Assembly: GCF_006345805.1 (NCBI RefSeq)
Contig: NC_043000.1
Coordinates: 42,656,001 to 42,720,000 of the forward strand
Origin: Octopus sinensis
Lineage: Eukaryota
DNA: 64,000 nucleotides
Direction of reading: 5' to 3'
A model generated the notes under the pieces. That model did not search any database, had not been told where the DNA came from, and saw nothing but the letters and a program-made list of their open reading frames with translations. Positions within the stretch are counted from its first letter, which is position 1. Every line of letters starts with the position of its first letter. Below, in pieces: positions 13,095 through 27,057 of the stretch. Both the position numbers and the translations under genes were made by a program.

Positions 13095-13098
<4 letters not shown>
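12878..13098 (+). mobile_element. Solo Penelope-type pLTR-like element carrying a hammerhead
   Basis: Pyrimidine-rich element containing the hammerhead at 12958-12992, with its 3' end abutting (TA)n at 13099. Confidence 0.65.
12958..12992 (+). ncRNA. Minimal type-I hammerhead ribozyme, U4C core variant
   Basis: gttt CCGACGA a gagc tcc gctc GAAA cg T T aaac. Stem I gttt/aaac, stem II gagc/gctc, palindromic ACGT stem III. Confidence 0.72.
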
Positions 13099-13132
<34 letters not shown>

Positions 13133-13609
13133 AATTTATGTGTGCGCCGAGTGTACGTATATAAATGCACACATATTTATACATGTATTGATCCTCCAGG
13201 TAACTGGGATCCGACTGTACCGTACATACCACAAGCTACAAAATGTGTGCTTCCATTCCATTTACTAATATTTTTACCTGCCCATGCCTTAGTTTCTACA
13301 CTTCTCAGTCCTGTGTATTCATAAACTTGTAGCTCACTTAGCATTTGTTAGTCCCACGAGGCACGGTCAAAGTAATATTATTTCTTTCTGAAAGAATGCA
13401 CTAATTTTATGCGTATCCTTCCTCTGTATCGCAAGTTTCTCGATGGTAATTGCCCTAACTGAAATTACCTCGATTTTGCTTTAGGTATTGGTGATGTTGT
13501 TAGCTTTGTCTACAACGGAAACCTCAGCCACCCTAGAAACTGATATTTTTGGTGGCGATGGTTGGTACTGCAATGTTAAGATTATTTCTCGTTGAACATT
13601 TGTTGGTGG

Positions 13610-15742
13610 TTATATTATGTTTCCTTTCATTATACTCGGTAACGTTGTAAGATTGCTGTCGCCTCCGTTATTATGTTGGTATGTTGGTTTTGATATTACT
13701 GCTGCCAATGTTAATGGTAGTGGCTTTGGTCGTTGGACTGGTGGCTGAGATAGATGTAGGGTATCCAGAAAGCAACAAGTTGGAATTCTTCCCACAACCA
13801 TGACATGCTCAGTCCTCCATTCATATCCCAAGCAATTTAACTGGTCCCCCTGACATTTTTCCCACGACGTTATTGGGCGGCATACACCTTCCTCTCCAGG
13901 TTCCAACTAACTGACCTCCTAACTTTTCTTGGCTAAGTTGTACTCATGTCACTGCGTCGTATTCTTTTACCGTAGTGCCGACCAGGTCTATATGTCTGGT
14001 GTTCTACACTAAGACAGTGACGTCGTCCGTATATGCCAAAACAGATCTCCCATAACCTCAGGTCGTGCATGATGTCTCTCAACGCGTCCAGTTTCAGCAG
14101 TAGTGGATCTAGAGACAGTACATACAACAGATACGAGTGAAGGCATCATTTCTGGCCCGAGCACACGATGCTGAAGTAACCATTCATCCTAACTACCGAG
14201 CAGTTATCGCTGTATATAGCGGCAATCCAACCACGGAAAACTGGTCGCCGTGAAGCGACCGCCGAGTATTAGTGGTCCACTTTAATAAAGGCTTTCAGTT
14301 GATCTAAATCGATCAGGGATCCTTGCATGCTAGCTTCTTTACCGAAACTGTCTACGATGGCATATCTTCTTGGGATGGTAAATGCATGTGAATCACCAAT
14401 CTGTGCCTCGACTACAAGATTTCATTAATACCTTGACCAAAATTTTGAAACCTGTATCCAGCAGCGTTATGAGTCTAAAATTTTATATTTGATTCCCCTT
14501 GTTTGGGTCATTTCCTAGCAGTGCCACAGCTTTCTCGCTCACAGAACTAGAAATTCTTTCGTTCTACTGCCAACTGCGGTATTTCTTTTTGCTAAGTGGC
14601 TGCAAAATGAGTCTGTCATCGTAAAGCAGACCATCTAAACCAAACTGTTTCTCACCCGCAACTGGAGATTAACCTGGAGATCAACACGCATTAATTAATT
14701 CACCAATACGGTCTCTGTAAGCTTGGTACGCCGGGATGCATTCAGCTTTCAGTAGTCGGGTCTCTGCATACGAAATCTATCTAGGTCGACAGTGCAGATA
14801 ATGAATATGTAGTCTGTGTAGCCGAGGATTTTTTTTAAAGTCTGCAACTTATGCAATCCTGATCTACAGGCCTTTGGACAACTTTATTAAGATAAGACGG
14901 AGATAACTAGATGCAGTTCATTGATGTCTATATTGGCATATTCAGGAAATCTACTTGGTACACATCAGAGATTTGAAAACGACTGGGCAGTTTGGTGAGA
15001 TTTTGCACCACTATACAATCTAAACGTACATCTTAGATGGCGTCCCACTCAGCCATTAGCACTACTGGTCAAGAATTTCTCAGAAAAACGTCTGGACATC
15101 GGAAAAAAGCCTGCTCTCCTTCTCATGTCAAAGCATAAATAGCTACCTGCCTGAAAGCACTCCCGCAGCAACTGTTGACATCCAGGACCACCAGCTTGCC
15201 TCATGTGTCCACGAAGATTGACATTATATTGATATCCCGATCGTTCCGGAACTACACTGAAATTCCGCCTCCCAGTTGACATGGATATAAGTAAATCTCG
15301 TATCCAACGAAAATGGGCACGAAATCAATCTTGTCGATTGGAAAGTCTAGTCTCACTGGCAGCTACGATGTCTATACTTAGTGACATGTGGTCATTGAGA
15401 TGGTGGCCCCGATTCCAAGGTGACCCAGGCCGCGTGCATTTATACTGCGTATAGAGACAGGTGCTCTGCCATTTTGGCTATTTGTAGGTGTCTCCACAAG
15501 CATTTCTTTGTAGATTTTTTGGTTTATGATGTTACGGAAATCACACACTTCTTTGGAATAATTTGTTTCCAGTTTGCTGCAGTTTTGTTGCATTGTTTTT
15601 ATAAGTTTTAGGTGAATAATGGTGTTATGTGGGTGTGTGATGTATTCATTTAGAATAAAGTCAGTGTATTTTTTAATGTTTTATTAAATTCTTGCTGTTT
15701 GTCTCTATGTCAGTGTAATTGATGAGTGCTATTCAGGTTGTA
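13610..15742 (-). mobile_element. L1/Tx1-clade LINE, heavily decayed with internal deletions
   Basis: Minus-strand motifs SINARGL (APE start, ~15440), NFRLITLLDTGFKILVKVL (14420-14490), LIDLDQLKAFIKVDH, LLYVLSLDPLLLKLDAL and AYTDDVTVLV (YTDD at 14022-14033). Confidence 0.85.
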
Positions 15743-17278
15743 CAGTCGTCCCCAAAAGTATTCATACCCTATGGAAGCTAACATTCACTTTTGGATTTTT
15801 CATTTGTAAAAGCTATTATGTTGATATTTCCTGTGTATTTATGCTATGCATAAATCCGCATATGAGTTGGTTAAACTTCATTTGCATAATAATATATATG
15901 GTCTAAATTTATTTTTTGTATATATTCAGAATTATTCACATCTCTCTTTTCCCTTCCTGTGAATATTGTGAATATGCTAATCTTTGTCCTATAGTTATTT
16001 CCAGAAGAGTATGAATAGCATATAAATAGAGGAAAAGTGTTCTGGCCATTCTCAGTTTTTGATAATTAAGGCCAAGAAGAAGAACCTCCGTGAGGACCAA
16101 CGACAACGTCTTGAGCGTACCCACAGTTACGGAAATGGTTTTAAGGCCATTTCAAAGCAGTATGATGTCCCAGTGGCAACCGCCCAGAGCATAATCAGCA
16201 AGCGCAAGAGGTCCAACACCGTTAAAAACTTCAGGAAAATCTGCCGAGAGGTTAACAACAACCCCGAACCACAACTAGGGCCCTGATTGAAACGCTTGAC
16301 CAAACAGGAACGAAGGTGTCATGGTCCACCATTGAGCAAATATTGCACAGAAGAGGGATCCATGGACGCAGGCCTCAGAAAACGCCGCTGCGCAGGAAGA
16401 AACATCTGGAGACTCGCCTGGCCTTTACTAGAGGTCATGTGAAACAAAATTCCAGCTTTTAGTCAACAATCCTGTGGTCTGATGAGATAAAGTTGGAGTT
16501 ATTTGGCGATGTGGATGCTGAATCCGTCTGGAGGAAGAGAGGAGATGCACACAATCCGAAGAACACTGTATCCGCCGTCAAGCATGGCGGTGGAAACATA
16601 ATACTATGGGGATGCTTCTCTTCCAGAGGCACTAGGATTTTGTCAAGGTCCAAAGAATCATGAGAAAGGAGTATTACATCAGGATCCATGATGAAAACGT
16701 GAAGGAATCCGCTGAGAAGCTCCAGCTTGGCCACAACTAAAAATAGCGGTAGGACAATGATCTGAAACATACCGCCAAGGTTATGAAAAAATGGTTCAAG
16801 GACAATGGTGTCAACATCCTAAAATGGCCAAGTCAGAGTCCTGACCTGAATCCAATCGAGAACTTGTGGCGAGACTTGAAGACCAGAGTGATGTCTAGGA
16901 AACCGACCAACCTGACCCAGCTTAAGACTTTCGTGAAGGAAGGGTGACCAACATCTTAGAGGAGACAAGCAGGAAGCTTGCGGACACGTACAAGAATCGT
17001 CTAGAAGCAGCCATAAAAAAGCCTATGCTGTTGACTATTAAAAAAAGATATTGTACTCAGTAAACCTAGGGTATGAATAATTTTGAACATGGCATTTTTT
17101 GAAAATCCATGAATAAAACACCTCTGAAATGTAAAATTTCCTGAATTGTGTATCGTTGTTATCCTTTCAGTTGTTGGTCACATATAACTCATAAATAAAC
17201 TTGACAAAACGCATTCCATAACAAAAATAAAAGAATCAGAAAGATTAACAAGAGTATGAATAATTTTGCGGATGACTG
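15743..17278 (+). mobile_element. Tc1 (DD34E) transposon, full length, decayed, with TA duplication
   Basis: About 25-bp TIRs CAGTCGTCCCCAAAAGTATTCATAC / GTATGAATAATTTTGCGGATGACTG, TA at 15741-42 and 17279-80. Motifs [38 protein letters not shown] and [15 protein letters not shown]. Confidence 0.93.
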
Positions 17279-17280
17279 TA

Positions 17281-17690
17281 TATGTCGATTGCCCATTGTT
17301 TCATTTGTTGAGGTGTTTGTAATGTTGGTGGTGTTTGTAGTGTTGGAAATGTTTGTGTTAGTGAAGAGTATGTGGGGTTGTGATGGTTGTTGGTTTCTGT
17401 ATTTCCTCTTCTGAACTATTTGCTTTAAGTCTTGTACCGCACTTTTTATTCTGTAACTTTTTCCTTTTCCCTTTCACCAGGATCCATTCCTGTGTCTCTC
17501 GATTGCTTTCTTCACCAGAAGAGTTTTCACATTTAGAGAAATTTGCAGCAGGGGCAGCAGTATTTCCACACAGTCACGCATTTCTAAGCTGGTGGTATGG
17601 ACGTCTGATGTAGGTGAGTCTTCGTTTGGTACGATGGCGCAGGTGATGTTATTGGTTCTTCGGTGGTGGTGCTGGTACATGCTACCATGC
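17281..17690 (-). mobile_element. Probable continuation (ORF1/5' region) of the L1/Tx1 element split by the Tc1
   Basis: Same strand-biased (GT-rich on plus) low-complexity composition as 15460-15742 on the other side of the Tc1. Confidence 0.45.
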
Positions 17691-18395
17691 AAACGTTCTT
17701 AAAGATGTATCTGAATCCTCGCGCTGAATTTGTGGAAAATTCCCAGAGACAATTGTTCATGTTTATGACTGCCCAGTTCTCGCTCAAAAAGGAATACCTC
17801 ATATGACATGACAGACTAGGGCAACACCCCTATTGGAATACTTGTAAATGCTACAAAATTAAATCATTTGATGAGTGGTACAAGCACCATTCAGGGGATG
17901 TAGTATATGGAGAGGGTATCCCAATACAAACAGACAGAAAAATTGATTCCAATCGACCAGACATTGTGATCAAGGACTACAACAGAGAAACTTGTCTGTT
18001 AATAGATACGTCGGTCCCACAAAATCAAAATGTCTCAAGAAGGGAATACGAAAATCTTTCTCACTATAAATATATGGAAATTGAAATCACAAAAATGTGG
18101 TAGCTTAATACTACAATAATACTAGTAGTAATTTTTGCGTTGGGAATAATAAAGAAGTGAACTGAGAAGTATATTAAGCAACTCCCTGGTAACTCCAATC
18201 TCCGTGAACTACAAAAGATAACCTTGATGGGTACAGACCATATAGTACGGAAAGCACTTTCCATCTAAAATGGAATAAATGTGGTGATAATTTTAGCATG
18301 CAAAGCAAAACAAAAGAGCCCTTGCTACTCTTCACCTCAGGAGGATGCCCGGTACTAAGGCAGCTGAAATAATGTAATGATAAAAGGAAACCATA
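17690..18395 (+). mobile_element. R4/Dong-type RLE LINE 3' fragment, old and decayed
   Basis: C*ICGKFPETIVH..CPVLAQK, HDRLG, IQTDRKIDSNRPDIVIKD, LIDTSVP and LQKITLMGTDHIVRKALSI*. The 3' UTR runs into (AAT)n. Confidence 0.85.
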
Positions 18396-18471
<76 letters not shown>

Positions 18472-18529
18472 TAATAATAATAATAATAATAATGATGATG
18501 ATGATGATGATGATATGATGATGATGATG

Positions 18530-18589
<60 letters not shown>

Positions 18590-18590
18590 T
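18395..18590. repeat. (AAT)n/(GAT)n microsatellite
   Basis: Directly visible. Confidence 0.95.
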
Positions 18591-20319
18591 CATTTTCACA
18601 TATTTAAAACACACACATAGTGAGAAGATAGAGAGAGTTAGACAGGCAGACAAACAGATAGACAGACAGCAGACAGATAGGCTGACAGCAGACAGACAGA
18701 CAGATAGTTAGATAGACAGATAGAAAGATAGATAGATAGATTGATGATCGAGATGGAGATATGATCTCATATTTATTAATGTTTTTGCGTTTATATATTT
18801 TTCTTTTCCTCATATATCTATTGATAATTCTCAATACTCTTAGCGATCAATTCGCATCAATTCTTCCAAATCATACATTCACCAATATTGAACAATACTC
18901 GAGTTGTGTGTCGTTACTGATTAGTTTGTTCATTGAGCATATTAAGACTATGTTTATTAATTATATATGATGTGCATTGTATTTTAATTCCAATGTATTC
19001 TATATTTTGGATACCGTTGGGAATCTAGCAATTTGTCACTTTTGTCTATAGTTTAAGTCTCCAAAATCTTCTGTACCTCAACGTCTGGTTTTGACTGTCC
19101 ATAAATTTTCACATATTAAAGTTTCTGTTGGAGAGTGTAAAATGGCGTTGTCGTCATATCTAATTTGCTGTGTCTGTTTTGTTGTCTATTGTGTTGTTTC
19201 AATATAGACTATGTTGTGCGCTTTGTGCTTTAAAATTGATTTATAGACATGGAAACAGACACAAATATTGGAGTAGCAGTGTAGCGGATCAAGTAACGCT
19301 CAGTATTTAACTGGTACTTTCTTTTATCAATCCCCAAATAGTAAAACGCTGGATATCAATTTGATATAGTATTTGAAGCTGATTGTGTTCGATAAGTAAT
19401 GAATATGTTACGTCATTGAGTTGGAAGTGTCTGGTGTAAATATGATCAACTCGAGTAAAAGTCATTAGAATATGCGATGGACTGTCACTTTCAGAGAACA
19501 CGCTTTTAACACTTGTAACACTTGTAAAAGAACCTATGTAAAATAGCGTGTATGTACTTCATATTGGGTAGACGGAAATAATACCAGAGATATGAAACAT
19601 TCATAATACAGAATAGTCCAGCAATGACGCGCTTTAATTTAAGTAGTTACAAGTTTGTGGAGACAAGGTTCACAATAAAGAGAGGGAGCCAATTTATCCC
19701 AATATTGAACTGAGATTTATGGTTCTTGTGAAATCAGATGAAGAACTGACAGAACTAGGAAACGAAGTTAGCGAAGACAGAGTAGCAATATATTGACTGA
19801 AAAGGAGACGAGTTCCGACTTTGGGAGAAACCTATATACTAGAATGTTACTGAAGACAACAAAAGTAGTCTATGTTCTACATGCCAAGAGGGCTTGAAAA
19901 ATTTTTCCTCAGTCCATCACAAAAAATGTGACACCAAGCTTGTACCAAACTGAAAATGCTCATAATCACGCTCTGGTTCTATGACTACAACAGAGCTAAA
20001 TATCTTGAAGTGTTCCGTTATAACCTAGCTGATGGGTTTTTAATTATGGTTTTCGATTGCTGATTTGTATGCTTTAATCATCTTATCACTGTGTATTTAA
20101 TTTGAATCAAGTCTCTGATATATTCAATTACACTGTGTAACATTTTTACTTTCTTTTTGTTTTGTTTTTCGTCTTTGGGCAGTAAGTGTTATTTCCTTTT
20201 GATTCTCCCTGCAAACTTTGAATTGTGACTTGGACATCAATGTTTTTAAACTGACCTATTTTCCATTAGATTTCAGACAGTTTACGCACTGAGTTGCTGA
20301 AGCAGAAATGACGTTAAAC

Positions 20320-20478
20320 CAAATTTTCTGTTGAATACCACTGTTTTGATAGTCTGTTGCTTGACCTTAGCCAGTTCAGCATACCTCTTAGTGGCTGACA
20401 AGATGTGCAACTCCGATCATGAGCTGAAATAGTGGGGGACCATCATAGCCATGATTTGAGAGGGATTTTTTTGGATTA
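20320..20478 (+). mobile_element. Decayed internal fragment of the ~557-bp TAA-associated element
   Basis: TTGACCTTAGCCAGTT...CTTAGTGGCTGAC...CATCATAGCCATG...GAGAGGGATT aligns with the reverse complement of 33300-33470. Confidence 0.7.
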
Positions 20479-21302
20479 TGAATAAATGTGACAAAAACTA
20501 AGTTTGAAGGAAATATTAGCTATTTCTGATACTTTCTAGGGGTAAAGGAATAGGAAATAATATTTGCTACCGAAGTACAAAAATCTTGTTACACAGCGTT
20601 ATTCATTGTATAACGTTTCTAACACTCCATTCGTTTTAAATATAACTTTGTTTTCGTGTGCCATGCAATTCAGAACCATATTCATATATTTTCTGTTGTA
20701 TTTAAGAATGAGCCCTAGTCGCAACGTTAGGAGAAAAGCAAAAGCGGTGAGCTGGAAAAATCGTTGGCACGCTGGGCAAGATGTTTAATGGCGTTTCATC
20801 CGTCTTTAGTACCGAGTTCAAATACTGTTGAGATCGACTTTGCCTTTGATCCTTTCGAGGTCGATAAAAATAGTTACTAGGTAAACACTGGCTATGTGCC
20901 AAAATTTGAAAGGAATATTAAGAGAAAAGAGTTACGTTTCTTAAAAGTGACATGTAACATTTTATCTGGTTCGCTGCATTCTGGCTTTAAATCCTACCGT
21001 GGTCAAATTTACATTCAGAATCGACAAAATATAATACCTGGAAAGTACCGGGGTCGATTTTATCGTTTAACTAAGTCCCTCAAAATTTTCAGGCAGTATG
21101 TCTTAAGTACAATTTCTTAAGGTCATTGGTTTGGCAAAATCACTAGATTATTTTAAACGTTCTTTGTGACTTCTCTCATGATTCTTAATGTTCTGAACTG
21201 AAATTCCACCGAAGCCAACTATGTCGTTCACACCTATGTGCGGTGTTAACTAGAGTGTCAATAAGGGATTGAAATTGGCCTATTCTCCCCTTTCCGCAAC
21301 CA

Positions 21303-21304
<2 letters not shown>

Positions 21305-21334
<30 letters not shown>

Positions 21335-21597
21335 CTTCTTCTTCTTCTTCTTCTTCTTCTTCTTCTTCTTCTTCTTCTTCTTCTCTTCTTCTTCTTCTTC
21401 TTCTTTTTTCTTCTTCTTCTTCTTCTTCTTCTTCTTCTTCTTCTTCTTCTCTCCTCCTTCTCGTCACTGTCCTCTGTATGATCCTTCTCGTCTTCCTCTT
21501 CTTTTACTCTTATTCTTCCTCCCCTTCCTCTCCTTCCTCTCCATCACCCCCTCATCCTCCTCCTTCGTCAGCTGCTGCTGCTGCCTCGTGTTTATGC

Positions 21598-21655
<58 letters not shown>
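21305..21655. repeat. (TTC)n array (21305-21450), pyrimidine tract and (CAT)n array (21597-21655)
   Basis: Directly visible. Confidence 0.95.
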
Positions 21656-22599
21656 TATACTTGTTGTTGTTTCCAAGTTTACTAAAGTATATACTTATAA
21701 TTATGTAGTTTTGTGTATATTCTTTTTTGCTTTTTGTTGTTGCATTTTACTTCATTGCTTACGTTATCTCTTAATCTGTTGACGTGCAGTCAAACAAAGA
21801 ATATATAACCAAAATGGAAATATTCAATACTTTCTTCTATTCCTATTGATTGGGAAACAGATTTACCATGTTTTATTCGATATTTTTCGATGATTATTAC
21901 TATGAAAATACCAAAGACAAAAGACAGAGAAAATGGAAGATGAAGTGACAGGGAAAATGTTGTAAGAATAAAAAAAAATTAATATCGTTCAATTATTTAT
22001 TTTTTACTTGTCATTTATATGCCATTTCTACTTCTTTTTATGATTTTTATGTGTGTGCTTGTGTGTCTGTGTATGTATATGTATTCATATAAATATAAAG
22101 TTATACATACATAAACATATACATATATAATATAGTGTTTTTATATATTTGTATATGTCATGTGTTTGTTGGTTAGTTTGTTTTCTTGTTTGTCTATTAA
22201 CAATTATTCCTTTTTCATAATATATTTTCTTGTAATATCGCTTATAATTGTGGTCGTCTGCGACCAATGAAAAATATATCGACTAATCAAAGCTATTATA
22301 TCATATAAATTGGGAACATAAATCGAAACGGACAGTAAGATATTTCATTCATTTTATCTCTATCTGTCTCTCTATCCGACTTCCTAGACATTTAATCACA
22401 TATGTCTGTTTTTCTCTCTGTCATTTCTGTCCCAGACTCCCTGATACTTTTTTAAAAATTCCATATTTGATTTATTATACACAAAAGATTTATTAAACAT
22501 TAAGTAAAATAAATAAATAAATAAATAAATAAATACCTCAAGAAATATATACGCATTAGGACAAAAACATTAAAACAGGAAAGAAAATCATACACATAC

Positions 22600-22796
22600 A
22601 CGTATGAATAACTGAAAGTATGTACAAATGCAATGTTGGTTCTTCGACAGTTTCGACGGTGAACTTTCAGATATTCGCGCAAGTGAAGAACTGCTCGTGA
22701 AATTAACTTGTAAGCGACTACCCTCAGATACGTGCATTTGACACAATTTGCAGACCGAATCGTTGTGACAAGGCCAGACATTTGAACACATATAGT
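22600..22796 (-). other. Candidate host-gene exon, Cys-rich with an EGF-like start
   Basis: Acceptor ttctcttgttactctttctag|, open frame DYMCSNVWPCHNDSVCKLC...QHCICTYFQLFIR, possible donor |GTATGT. No repeat similarity seen. Unverified. Confidence 0.3.
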
Positions 22797-23280
22797 CTAG
22801 AAAGAGTAACAAGAGAAATCGATCCGTGTATTATACTAGTAATATATGTATTGTTATGAAAAGACTAGACGCCAAATGTTTGAGCATAGATAGAACGCTA
22901 TAAAATGTAGCCTTTTTATAGTGTTCTGGGCTTTAAGGAGTCTACAAGACAACTCCCAGCCTTATACAAAAGCATAGTAATATGTAAGCACATACAAACG
23001 ATTTTAAAAACTCCATAAACATTCACAATGAATACATTTTTCAGAGCATTCCAACATTTACTTTTACATACAGGAATACTCGCACTTCATAAAATGGAAA
23101 ACATAACACGTATGCACATGCACACGCACACGCACGAGCACAGATTTATGAGTATGATGTGAGAGATAGGAATATATTAACAACGAATGATATAAAGTCT
23201 GTTGGACACAAGTCTACACTAGTGAAATTCGGTAATACAGTATAGTTTGTGGAGTTACTCCAAATTCTCAAGTTACTTCT

Positions 23281-23695
23281 TATTTCTTTACTGCCCACAA
23301 GGGGATACACACAGAGGGGACAAACAAGGATACACAAAGAGATTAAGTCGATTATATCAACCCCAGTGCGTAACTGGTACTTATTTAATCGAACCCGAAA
23401 GGATGAAAGGCAGAGTCGACCTCAGCGGAATTTGAACTCAGAACGTAACGGCAGACGAAATACCTATTTCTTTACTACCCACAATGGGCTAAGCACAGAG
23501 AGGACAAACAAGGACAGACAAACGGATTAAGTCGATTACATCGACCCAGTGCCGTAACTGGTACTTAATTTATCGACCCAGAAAGGATGAAAGGCAATGT
23601 CGACCTCGGCGGAATTTGAACTCAGAACGTAACGGCGGACAAAATACGGCTACGCATTTCGTCTGGTATGCTAACGTTTCTGCCAGCTCGCCGCC
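23281..23695 (-). mobile_element. Two tandem tRNA-derived SINEs (full 23463-23695, 5'-truncated 23281-23462), octopus-type GGCGGCGAGCTGGCAGAA family
   Basis: Head GGCGGCGAGCTGGCAGAAACGTTAGC, B-box GAGTTCAAATTCC and tail ...GTAGTAAAGAAATAGG. The body is duplicated. Confidence 0.9.
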
Positions 23696-25008
23696 TCATT
23701 GCCAAGTTAATTCTATTGTGGCATGACAATGCTGTTAACTGTATAATGCTACCTGTAGAAAAGTTTGCTCTGGATTAATAGATACATTGTCCCTGTTATT
23801 CAAGTTTACTGTTTACGTTTCAGTCAAGTGGGAAAGTAATGTTCCTGATTCTTGCCACTCTGATGAAGATAACACCTAATTTGTATAAAACCTGGAAATG
23901 ACCGTGCTTTCCAACAAAGATCAAACATGGAATAAATGTATACACACAGCTGTATATTGCATCGATTCCATGCACACCCAATTACGCATAAAGTCGCGTA
24001 CTAGATATACATGGGCACCTGTTATCAAATACATTACATATATCGTTATACACCTATTATCATATATATATATATACTTGATTCCCCCATATCCCTACAT
24101 ATGTGTGTGGTTGTAAGTGTTGGGGTATGAGCGTACAATCCCACATATTTACAAAGTCTTGGAATAGTTTTGACTCAATAGAGTCTGATCGCCTACTTAG
24201 TCACCGATTTCAATTCTGCAAAGCGGTTAGAGAATTATGATTTAAGCGTAAAAATAATGTACAACTAGTATGATATTGTTAAAAATATTCCAATACTTGT
24301 CCAGTAATTTTAGTTACTTCATGAAGCTCTGATGAACATAACATATACGATATCAACATTTGAGGGAATTGAACTGAGAATATAAACGACGAAAAATATA
24401 TTCAATAAGTTATAACGGTTTCAGTAGTCCGATATTTGCTATATAATATTGATTTATCGTTGTTTTTGACAAAGATTGGCCGGCACTTTTAATGCAATTT
24501 TGCAAACTGATGTGTATATACATATAAGTTCAGTTTGTGTGCGTGTGTGTGTGTGTGTGTGAGTGTGTTTGTGTGTGCACATTTATTTAAATTTGCTTCT
24601 ATACTGCGTCGATACACCAAGTTTAGAGTTCTGACGACATAATTTTAAGACGGGTGATATATAGAAAATTAAGTTGTAACTTCAAATAAATGAACACATA
24701 AGTCACAAATTAATGAACACATACGACTACTCTATTGATTATTGTACGTACTTTCTCGTATATCGAAACAGCTAATTATATGTATATTCATATGAAAACA
24801 TGTCCATACCGCAGGCGCACACACACACACACACACTCATAAAAGCGAAAATCTTCCTATATGTATATCAACAGCTAGACGCATTATAGAGTAATGTGTT
24901 AATGCTTATGAATCTTCGTGAGTTAATGGTATTTTGAATATGTGTGTATCAGTGTGTCAATATATAAATATATAAATTTTTGCGTGTATATATATTTATA
25001 TATATATA

Positions 25009-25570
25009 TCAGGGCATCCCATAAGTTCTGTCCGATTTTACCTTTTTTAAAATTAAATGAAATTTAAGAGTATTTTAGAATGTCTAATGGAATTAAAAAT
25101 TATTTTTAGGCATTTGTGTACATTTAAACTAATTAAATATTATTTTACAGAATAATAGAATTAAAATTTCTTTGATTAAAACCCTTTCTAACATGGAAGT
25201 ATCCAAAGATCATTTGCGGCATATAATCCTTTATGAGTACAAAAAAGGCAACTCTGCAGCCGAAGCGACTCGAAACATACATTCAGTTTATGAGAAAGAA
25301 TGCTTGAGGGAAAGAACTTGCAGAAGATGGTTTGCAAAATTTAGAAGTGGAGATTTCAGCCTTGAAGATGAAGATCGAACGGACGTCCAGCTGAGTTTCA
25401 TGATAAGCTCCTTGGGACACTACTCGGAGAAGAAAAACAATTAAATTGAAGAAAAAAAATTAAATTAAATGTTTTGTAAATTAAATGAAATGTTTTTTTC
25501 CATGGATTCTCTCTTTTCCTTTGTGAAGGTGGGTAGTTGCAGATCTGAAATTGTGTTTACGGGTGACGAG
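25009..25570 (+). mobile_element. mariner element, 5' portion
   Basis: TIR-like TCAGGGCATCCCATAAGTTCTG, then MEVSKDHLRHIILYEYKKGNSAAEATRNI...WFAKFRSGDFSLEDEDR. Ends at FTGDE, next to (TA)n. Confidence 0.85.
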
Positions 25571-25581
25571 ATATATATATA

Positions 25582-25673
<92 letters not shown>

Positions 25674-27057
25674 CATATATATACATATATATATACGCAC
25701 ACATGCGCACCTACACGCGCATATGCACACACACATACATACAGATATGATCATGATGATAGTGATGCAGGCTGTTGTTCTGAATTAATTCCATCCTCGT
25801 AAGTGTGTAAATATGTTGCACATGCCGCCATGCATCCATCGCCAAAGGACTATAAAATACGAAATGAATTTCAAGAAATGAAATAATAGTGAGTTATCTG
25901 TACATCATTGAATTTACGAGTCAGTGGCAAAATCCAGTAAAACAGTTTTGCATTCTGTTGTTCGCTATGGTAGATTCCAGCGACAAGCATTGTAAAATGA
26001 CTGGCACTGTTTTGACAATTTGTTTTTAGAGAACCTTTATTCGAGCGAAACTGCCTTATCCACTGAGGAGAATAAGATGAGGAGAACCTTCTCCACTCTT
26101 TGGAGATCTATTTAACTCACAGAGTGGATCCTGATACGTATTAAACTCCGGGTCAGAACTGACCGAGAGTATTGGTAATTGAGGGATGACATCTTACCCT
26201 CTATAACTCTAGAACCCCCCCCCGTCTGGAGCCTTAAAACCGGATGCAGTTTAATATTATGTCCAGAACACACGCACACATACACACATTCATACATATA
26301 CGCACATGCACACTCATACATACATACATACGCATACACTCACACATACATATACTCATATATAAATGAGTAGTATAGGATGTGGAATCAGAAAATCGTG
26401 TTCGTGTCACACGAAGCTCCTCTTATGGGCTCAGCTAACAGTCTACACGATAATTCAGTAGAAGAATGTGCACTGTAGAGCGTTTATGCTGCTGAAATCC
26501 GGAACATCTGATCGATAAAACTATTTGATAAGGATATATACTTATCCTTATATAAAATGCCAGGAGCTATGAAAGGTAAATATGTACCTATTAAAACACA
26601 TGACATGCTCGGGATTACGGCTGCTTTGAAACCTTCTTCATAATTTCACGGTAATTATACTATAGGATGCGAAATGGCCGTAATCCTAAAGATGTCACGT
26701 GGTTAAATAAATGTATAATCACTTGCCATATTTCATACCTTTTATGGCTTTCAAACGCACACACACACACACGTACGCACACACGCACACACGGACACAC
26801 ACACACAAACACACTCACGCACACACACAGTCATAGCCACACACACGCACGAACACACACACACGCACGCACGCATACACACACACACATGGTGAAAAAG
26901 TTAATGGAAAAATTTTCTATGTGATGAATAGTCGACCGTTTTCACTTCTGCTAATCATAACTAAGCAGGTAGTGATAATTTTATATTTTCCCTCTATCAT
27001 AAAATTTCGTTCCGAGATAGAAGGAGAGCAGATATTTTGCCAATGAATCAAAAGATG

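Noticed and set aside
23620-23695. tRNA-like A/B boxes (also at 9640-9700, 29672 and 56452)
   Set aside because: These are SINE heads joined to SINE bodies, and I could not fold a cloverleaf.
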